Positions 58,216 through 64,000 of a stretch of 64,000 nucleotides of DNA are shown here, piece by piece. The translations under genes and the position numbers were made by a program. The notes beneath the pieces are model-generated. The model saw only the letters and a list, made by a program, of their open reading frames with translations, did no database searches and was not told the origin of the DNA. The DNA is taken from the sequence record MW822011; one strand, given 5' to 3'. Within the stretch, counting starts at the first letter, position 1. Each line of letters begins with the position of its first letter. The stretch is from Shigella phage TB004.

Positions 58216-58761
58216 ATGAGAAAAGCACTACTCGCTGGTCTATTGGCCATTTCAATGATGGCACATAGCTCCGAGCATACTTTCAGTAATGTCCAACTCG
58301 ATAACATGCGTTACGCGTATCAATTCGGGGAACAATTTTCTAAGGATGGAAAATATAAAACACATAAAAATATCCACAAGAGCGGATTAGGTCATATAAT
58401 GGCTGCTATTTTATGGCAAGAAAGCTCCGGCGGAGTTAATTTAAAATCTAAACCAAAGCATCACGCCTATGGAATGTTCCAAAATTATTTGCCGACCATG
58501 CGAGCAAGAGTTAAGGAACTTGGTTATAATATGACCGATGCCGAAATAAAAAGAATGTTGAATAAACGGTCCAATTCAGCTTCCTGGGCGTACATTGAAC
58601 TTTCTTATTGGTTAAATATACATAAGGGCGATATAAGAAAAGCAATATCCTCTTATAATTCGGGATGGAATGTTAAAGCAGGTTCTAAATATGCTTCTGA
58701 AGTCCTAGAAAAGGCTAACTACCTTAAAAATAATAAACTACTGGAAATAGTAAATGACTAA
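58216..58761 (+). CDS. secreted protein, possible lytic transglycosylase-like (vs.1 position)
   Basis: 181 aa with N-terminal signal peptide MRKALLAGLLAISMMAHS. Confidence 0.5.
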   Translation: MRKALLAGLLAISMMAHSSEHTFSNVQLDNMRYAYQFGEQFSKDGKYKTHKNIHKSGLGHIMAAILWQESSGGVNLKSKPKHHAYGMFQNYLPTMRARVKELGYNMTDAEIKRMLNKRSNSASWAYIELSYWLNIHKGDIRKAISSYNSGWNVKAGSKYASEVLEKANYLKNNKLLEIVND

Positions 58762-59101
58762 AATTTTGGTTTTATGTATAGGATTAATTTCATTTTCTGC
58801 TTCTGCGTCAGCAGATACATCATATACTGAAATTAGAGAATATGTAAACCGTACTGCCGCGGATTATTGTGGGAAAAATAAAGCATGCCAAGCTGAATTT
58901 GCGCAGAAATTAATATATGCATATAAAGACGGAGAAAGAGATAAAACAAGTAGATACAAGAACGATACTTTATTAAAACGATATGCTAAAAAGTGGAATA
59001 CCTTAGAATGTTCAGTTGCGGAGGAGAAAGATAAAGCCGCTTGTCATTCAATGGTTGACCGTTTGGTAGATTCTTATAATCGAGGATTGAGTACTAGATG
59101 A
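58754..59101 (+). CDS. small secreted protein (vs position)
   Basis: 115 aa, signal peptide MTKILVLCIGLISFSASASA. Confidence 0.5.
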   Translation: MTKILVLCIGLISFSASASADTSYTEIREYVNRTAADYCGKNKACQAEFAQKLIYAYKDGERDKTSRYKNDTLLKRYAKKWNTLECSVAEEKDKAACHSMVDRLVDSYNRGLSTR

Positions 59102-59577
59102 TTGTAAAATATATCAAGGGCGATATTGTCGCCCTATTTCTTCAAGGTAATATTATTGCGCACGGGTGCAATTGTTTTCATACTATGGGTTCAGGTGTAG
59201 CGGGTCAATTAGCAAGGGCCTATCCTAAAATTTTAGAAATAGATAAAACCACTACTGAGTACGGTTCTCGCGATAAATTAGGCGATATGTCTATTGTTTT
59301 TAAACATAGTCCTACGGGATTTGGCATATGCTATAACCTGTATACGCAATACGAACCGGGTCCTAATCTTGATTATGGTGCTTTAGTAAACTGCATGATA
59401 GAATTAAATCTACAGGCAGAAACCCTTTTGTTTAAACCAGTAATTTACATTCCACGCATAGGTTGTGGTATTGCTGGCGGCGATTGGGATAAGGTTTCTA
59501 AATTAATCGACATGTTTACTCCTGATATTGATTTAATAGTGGTGGATTATGAAAGCACATTACCCGCATCCGTTTGA
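59098..59577 (+). CDS. macro-domain (ADP-ribose binding/processing) protein
   Basis: 159 aa; motifs AHGCNCFHTMGSGVAGQLA and IPRIGCGIAGGDW typical of macro domains. Confidence 0.7.
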   Translation: MIVKYIKGDIVALFLQGNIIAHGCNCFHTMGSGVAGQLARAYPKILEIDKTTTEYGSRDKLGDMSIVFKHSPTGFGICYNLYTQYEPGPNLDYGALVNCMIELNLQAETLLFKPVIYIPRIGCGIAGGDWDKVSKLIDMFTPDIDLIVVDYESTLPASV

Positions 59578-59761
59578 CCCTAAAAACAAAGCAGAAATTA
59601 TTCGTCAATGGGAACGCATTTGCCGTACTAAATGCCCAATTAATAGTCCACATGATGTAGATAAAGACTATATTGGAACATTCGTTGAATATACCTTTAT
59701 TGATAAGAAAGGTCGTAAACAGCACGTAGAAGAATATTGCTTAAAGGTTACATGGTTATGA
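59549..59761 (+). CDS. hypothetical protein
   Basis: 70 aa ORF. Confidence 0.45.
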   Translation: MKAHYPHPFDPKNKAEIIRQWERICRTKCPINSPHDVDKDYIGTFVEYTFIDKKGRKQHVEEYCLKVTWL

Positions 59762-59964
59762 GCCAAACTAGTATTCTTAAAAATGCGCATTGTGAAAAGT
59801 GTAAATGGCCTGTTGTTTTTGCTTTATGCAATGATGAAATGGCTTGTGATTTCGATTATTGGTGCTATTGTTCTAATAAAGGATGCATAAATCATAAAGG
59901 CGAAGGATTTTATTCGGGATTTTATCCTTATCCCGATTTCATTAAAGAAGGTAAACCAAAATGA
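59752..59964 (+). CDS. small Cys-rich protein (possible zinc binding)
   Basis: CEKCKW...CNDEMACDFDYWCYCSNKGC; ATG overlaps previous stop. Confidence 0.45.
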   Translation: MVMSQTSILKNAHCEKCKWPVVFALCNDEMACDFDYWCYCSNKGCINHKGEGFYSGFYPYPDFIKEGKPK

Positions 59965-60134
59965 ATAATTTTGAGTTACAATATGAAGTGTTACGTGAGC
60001 TTGATAATTTAATTGAACTCGCTGTTAATAAAGGTTTTGCCATTGGAATTGGTCAAAAAGATACTGATCATTTAACTATGGAAATATTTAAGCAAAAGCG
60101 AATTATTTTAAAACTTCTGGAAATTAATATATGA
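59961..60134 (+). CDS. small hypothetical ORF (57 aa), not in ORF track
   Basis: ATG at 59961; ATGA overlap with next gene. Confidence 0.4.
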   Translation: MNNFELQYEVLRELDNLIELAVNKGFAIGIGQKDTDHLTMEIFKQKRIILKLLEINI

Positions 60135-60316
60135 GTCTAAGCATTAGTCAGAAAAGTAGATTATTTGAGCTTATTCATGAACTTCTAGATGAGCATGCAG
60201 AAGCAAACACCTTTTATGATGAATACGGCCCGCTATCTCCCGAACAACAGGAAGAATTTGCTGACCGGTTTGATAAGAAAGAAAACGAATTAATAGCTTA
60301 TGTGAATACGCTTTAA
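60131..60316 (+). CDS. hypothetical protein
   Basis: 61 aa ORF upstream of tk. Confidence 0.5.
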   Translation: MSLSISQKSRLFELIHELLDEHAEANTFYDEYGPLSPEQQEEFADRFDKKENELIAYVNTL

Positions 60317-60325
60317 GAAGGTGAT

Positions 60326-60907
60326 ATGGCTAGTTTAATTTTTACTTATGCAGCAATGAATGCTGGAAAATCTGCTTCTCTTTTGACTGCTGCACATAAT
60401 TATAAAGAACGCGGAATGAGTGTATTAGTTCTTAAGCCTGCTATTGATACTCGCGATTCTGTTTGTGAAGTCGTTTCTCGCATTGGAATTAAACAGGAAG
60501 CGAATATTATTACGGATGATATGGATATTTTTGAGTTCTATAAATGGGCTGAAGCACAAAAAGATATTCATTGTGTATTTGTAGATGAAGCCCAGTTTTT
60601 AAAAACTGAACAAGTGCATCAATTAAGTCGAATTGTTGATACATATAATGTTCCTGTTATGGCTTATGGTCTAAGGACTGATTTCGCTGGAAAATTATTT
60701 GAAGGTTCTAAAGAACTTTTGGCGATTGCAGATAAACTTATTGAACTAAAGGCAGTTTGTCATTGCGGTAAAAAAGCGATTATGACGGCTCGATTAATGG
60801 AAGATGGAACACCAGTTAAAGAAGGTAATCAAATCTGTATTGGTGATGAAATTTATGTTTCTTTGTGCAGAAAACATTGGAATGAATTAACTAAAAAGCT
60901 CGGTTAG
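60326..60907 (+). CDS. tk: thymidine kinase
   Basis: 193 aa, P-loop AAMNAGKSASLL, C-terminal zinc-ribbon Cys pairs. Confidence 0.95.
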   Translation: MASLIFTYAAMNAGKSASLLTAAHNYKERGMSVLVLKPAIDTRDSVCEVVSRIGIKQEANIITDDMDIFEFYKWAEAQKDIHCVFVDEAQFLKTEQVHQLSRIVDTYNVPVMAYGLRTDFAGKLFEGSKELLAIADKLIELKAVCHCGKKAIMTARLMEDGTPVKEGNQICIGDEIYVSLCRKHWNELTKKLG

Positions 60908-60949
60908 TGCAAAAGTTATAAATAGGTTTATCTAACTAAAGGGGTATAT

Positions 60950-61162
60950 ATGCTACAATTAACTGAAAAGCAACTTCGCAATCTTACTGTTCTTCAATTA
61001 GATGAAATTCGTAGGGAAGTTGGAAATATCATTTCAGCTTTGCGTCGAGAAGTATCACTCAACCAATCTCCGGCAGACTATACTAGATTGCGAAATTTTG
61101 AAAAATACCTTGATAAAGTTAAGGCCGTGCATCGGCATAAAGTAAATACAGGACAAAAATGA
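60950..61162 (+). CDS. hypothetical protein
   Basis: 70 aa ORF. Confidence 0.5.
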
Positions 61163-61174
61163 TAGGAGGCCTTT

Positions 61175-61468
61175 ATGGACTTAAAAGCAACGGCATTATT
61201 CGCCATGCTAGGATTGTCATTTGTTTTATCTCCATCGATTGAAGCGAATGTCGATCCTCATTTTGATAAATTTATGGAATCTGGTATTAGGCACGTTTAT
61301 ACACTTTTTGAAAATAAAAGCGTAGAATCGTCTGAACAATTCTATAGTTTTATGAGAACGACCTATAAAAATGACCCGTGCTCTTCTGATTTTGAATGTA
61401 TAGAGCGAGGCGCGGAGATGGCACAATCATACGCTAGAATTATGAACATTAAATTGGAGACTGAATGA
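61175..61468 (+). CDS. rI: rI lysis-inhibition regulator (membrane-anchored periplasmic protein)
   Basis: 97 aa, N-terminal signal-anchor, position next to tk as in T4. Confidence 0.8.
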   Translation: MDLKATALFAMLGLSFVLSPSIEANVDPHFDKFMESGIRHVYTLFENKSVESSEQFYSFMRTTYKNDPCSSDFECIERGAEMAQSYARIMNIKLETE

Positions 61469-61851
61469 AATTCAGCGACTTTTCACAAAGTGGAAAACCT
61501 TCAAAGGCAGATGAATACTTAGGTTTATTAATGGCTGCACAAGCTTATTTTCATTCTGCGCATTTTGAAACTAAAAGTTATGCTAGACACAAAGCATACG
61601 ATTTTATTTTTTCCGAGTTGCCAGATTTGATTGATAAATTTGGCGAGCAATATTTGGGGTATTCTGGTAGAAAATACACACCTTCAATTCCAGATGCCAG
61701 TAAACTTCCTACCGACACAATTAAAATGATTGATCGCATATTAGACCAATCTAACAGCATTTACAAAGAAATGCCTCCAGCCATTCAAAGCACGATAGAT
61801 GATATTACTGGAATGTTTTACCAGAGTAAGTATCTTCTTTCCCTCGAATAA
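61465..61851 (+). CDS. hypothetical protein
   Basis: 128 aa, start overlaps rI stop. Confidence 0.5.
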   Translation: MKFSDFSQSGKPSKADEYLGLLMAAQAYFHSAHFETKSYARHKAYDFIFSELPDLIDKFGEQYLGYSGRKYTPSIPDASKLPTDTIKMIDRILDQSNSIYKEMPPAIQSTIDDITGMFYQSKYLLSLE

Positions 61852-61864
61852 CATTAGTCTCCTT

Positions 61865-62006
61865 CGGGAGTCCTTTTTTCATTTTGCCAGTTTACTTTCC
61901 AAAATGAGTATGGTATAATAAAACTATCTTATAGATCGGGAGTCCTTTTTTCATTTTGCCAGTTTACTTTCCAAAATGAGTATGGTATAATAAAACTATC
62001 TTATAG
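61865..62006 (+). repeat. tandem direct duplication (2 x 72 bp) of an early promoter cassette
   Basis: CGGGAGTCCTTTTTTCATTTTGCCAGTTTACTTTCCAAAATGAGTATGGTATAATAAAACTATCTTATAG occurs at 61865-61934 and 61937-62006. Confidence 0.9.
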
Positions 62007-62017
62007 AGGAGAACATC

Positions 62018-62206
62018 ATGAAAATTGAAGCACTTAATCAAGAAGGAAATATCTACGTTATCATTAATGGTGATTTTTTCGTCGACATGGATGAAGTTAC
62101 TAGTGAAGAACTTGTAGAACTTCTTAAGAAACGTTATGATATGTGTGATGAAGCTGCAACTCATATGGCGTGTGCAATATTCTCTCTTTCATATGTGGTG
62201 GAATAA
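62018..62206 (+). CDS. hypothetical protein
   Basis: 62 aa behind duplicated early promoter. Confidence 0.45.
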   Translation: MKIEALNQEGNIYVIINGDFFVDMDEVTSEELVELLKKRYDMCDEAATHMACAIFSLSYVVE

Positions 62207-62409
62207 TGATTAGTATCGAACAAGCAGATAAAATTAAAGAATTGGTAGCTTTAATTCGCAAAGCAGACGAGGAACTTAGTGACTTTGCTTGGTTTTCGTC
62301 AGGCATTGCAAATAAAGGTGCTGAAGAACTTGAAGCTAAGGTTGATAATGCCGTAGAAGCTTTAGATATGTTTCTTGATGAAATTATCGATCATAATACG
62401 AGAGTTTAA
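62206..62409 (+). CDS. hypothetical protein
   Basis: 67 aa from MISIEQ. Confidence 0.45.
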   Translation: MISIEQADKIKELVALIRKADEELSDFAWFSSGIANKGAEELEAKVDNAVEALDMFLDEIIDHNTRV

Positions 62410-62411
62410 GT

Positions 62412-62606
62412 ATGCTAACACGTGAACAGTTTGAAAAAATCATTAAATTAGCACGTGATGTTGAAATAGATTCATACCAATTGGCAGTTGAGCATTGTGA
62501 AGGATATTCATACGATGGTATAGAAGCGGCTAAAAAGGATTTGGATAAATCCAAAGCTAAGTTAGTTCAATATCTTGAAATGATTAGGTGGAATAATGAA
62601 AACTGA
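62412..62606 (+). CDS. hypothetical protein
   Basis: 64 aa. Confidence 0.45.
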   Translation: MLTREQFEKIIKLARDVEIDSYQLAVEHCEGYSYDGIEAAKKDLDKSKAKLVQYLEMIRWNNEN

Positions 62607-62769
62607 AAAGCAGATGTTTTTAATGAAGCTAATTGAAGAATATGCTAATGCAGTTTCTGACTATGAGTATTCTTCTCGTGAAAGAGGTACAGCTTTCGCA
62701 AAGGAAGAAATGAAAATCATGGTTGATGCTCACACAAAGCTTCAGAATTTTATTGAAAACGTCATTTAA
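62596..62769 (+). CDS. small hypothetical ORF (57 aa), not in ORF track
   Basis: ATG at 62596, MKTEKQMFLMKLIEEYANAV... Confidence 0.35.
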   Translation: MKTEKQMFLMKLIEEYANAVSDYEYSSRERGTAFAKEEMKIMVDAHTKLQNFIENVI

Positions 62770-62771
62770 TG

Positions 62772-62801
62772 GTTTACAAGTTGGCAAGGTTATGGTATAG
62801 T
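62772..62801 (+). promoter_or_regulatory. T4-type early promoter
   Basis: GTTTAC ... TGGTATAGT. Confidence 0.45.
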
Positions 62802-62933
62802 AATCTTGTCAACTGCCAAGGAGAAGAGAATGAAAATTTTGTTTGTTGTGTATGTGATGATTCAATATAATTACCCAATGTTTACTTATAATCTAGTGAA
62901 CAACATTATTGATATTATTCAAAGGAGTATGTA

Positions 62934-63119
62934 ATGACAAGTGAGCAGGCTTTTAAATTAAGAGAATTAATTGAGATGTATAGTAAAGCTGTTCATACAT
63001 CAACAGTTATTGATGAATCAGCTTTCTCTGGATATGCTAACAAGATTAAATACAAAACTCTTATGGAAGAAGCTAAAGTAAATCTTGATTCTTATATTGA
63101 AACTTTAACTGGTGAATAA
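62934..63119 (+). CDS. hypothetical protein
   Basis: 61 aa. Confidence 0.45.
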   Translation: MTSEQAFKLRELIEMYSKAVHTSTVIDESAFSGYANKIKYKTLMEEAKVNLDSYIETLTGE

Positions 63120-63387
63120 CATGAGCTTTCCTAAATTAGAAGTAGGCGATTTAGTTTTAACAAAATTATGGAATGGTGTTCAATCAGTAGAAATCTGCCA
63201 ATATCGTGGAGCAACAGGTAATTTGATGTACACGATTTATAATCCAGAAATTTTGTTAGAGTGTCATTTGGAACGCTTTATAAAAGACACCGATAGTATG
63301 CCTTATAGTGTATCAATTGTACGTAAATCTGATACAAAGGAATATTCTAAAATTTTAGAACAAATTCGTGCCAATAAAAAGGATTAA
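63112..63387 (+). CDS. hypothetical protein
   Basis: 91 aa. Confidence 0.45.
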   Translation: MNNMSFPKLEVGDLVLTKLWNGVQSVEICQYRGATGNLMYTIYNPEILLECHLERFIKDTDSMPYSVSIVRKSDTKEYSKILEQIRANKKD

Positions 63388-63388
63388 T

Positions 63389-63922
63389 ATGAAACGATTA
63401 GTATTAGAAGTTAGTCCGCTTTTTGGTGAATTGGCTATAGAAAAAGTAAATAACATGTATCGTTTGACGCAAGAAGACGATATGCTATATTTTACGCCTA
63501 GTGAAATCATTCATTTAACCCAAATTGAATATCCTTATACTGATAAAATAGTAAGCATCAATGATGAGCACAAAATTCATTTTTATTCTTCATGCCCAGG
63601 ATTTAATATTAAAAGTGAGTCAATGTGTTTATCAGTTATCCATTGGGATAGTTTTATAGATAAGATTAAATATTTTTATTATTCTAATGAAAGAAAACAT
63701 AGTTTAAAATGGCTCAAAAATTGCAATGCTATTATTACTAACGCTTGCAATCAGAATGATGAAACTCTTTTAAATGTATCAAAATGTTATGAAGAAGGAG
63801 ATGTCTTAACTATTCGTCAAATTGACGATTTTCGATCACATATTGTCACATTTACCAAAGACGAAGCTATTGCGCTAAAGACTTATCTTGATTCTGTCAT
63901 TCCAACTATGATTTCAAAGTGA
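63389..63922 (+). CDS. hypothetical protein
   Basis: 177 aa from MKRLVLEV. Confidence 0.45.
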   Translation: MKRLVLEVSPLFGELAIEKVNNMYRLTQEDDMLYFTPSEIIHLTQIEYPYTDKIVSINDEHKIHFYSSCPGFNIKSESMCLSVIHWDSFIDKIKYFYYSNERKHSLKWLKNCNAIITNACNQNDETLLNVSKCYEEGDVLTIRQIDDFRSHIVTFTKDEAIALKTYLDSVIPTMISK

Positions 63923-63928
63923 GGAAAT

Positions 63929-64000
63929 ATGTTTATTTCAAGTGAAAGTGGTTTAATTCGTGTTGAATTTAAAAATGACATCTTCCTTATTCAAGGAGAT
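63929..64000 (+). CDS. start of a further ORF, truncated by window end
   Basis: ATG at 63929 after RBS GAGGAAA. Confidence 0.3.
   Translation, partial: MFISSESGLIRVEFKNDIFLIQGD

Overview
The window is a T4-type (Tevenvirinae-like) myophage genome segment, collinear with phage T4 but in reversed orientation relative to the usual T4 map. T4 gene names and lengths are recalled from memory; no database search was run. Layout: (1) 1-5400: baseplate hub genes 48(partial)-29-28-27-51 on the minus strand and 26-25 on the plus strand. (2) 5400-12200: uvsY, uvsW, a GIY-YIG endonuclease (segD-like), inh, hoc, rnlB. (3) 12189-42121: one long minus-strand late operon block, 24-23-22-21-68-67-20-19-18-17-16-15-14-13-wac-12-11-10-9-8-7-6-5.4-5.1-5-53, with TATAAATA late promoters and stem-loops between genes. 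(4) 42169-64000: plus-strand genes 4-2-3-1-57A-57B, an internal-protein (IP) locus, a 10-gene tRNA array, a hyperplastic block of small ORFs, nudE, lysozyme e, ipIII, ipII, a denV remnant, the vs/regB block, tk and rI, with T4 early-promoter cassettes (GTTTAC...TATAAT) throughout. The most interesting signals are in the plus-strand accessory region: a T5orf172-domain ORF followed by about 320 bp of structured non-coding sequence right after the tRNA array; two extra tRNA genes (Tyr-like GUA, Asn GUU); two IP genes sharing an identical capsid-targeting 5' end; an internally deleted denV; a frameshifted ipIII; an A9 run joining two overlapping ORFs; a tandem family of small membrane proteins; and a 72-bp tandem promoter duplication. 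No CRISPR array, integrase or transposase was seen.
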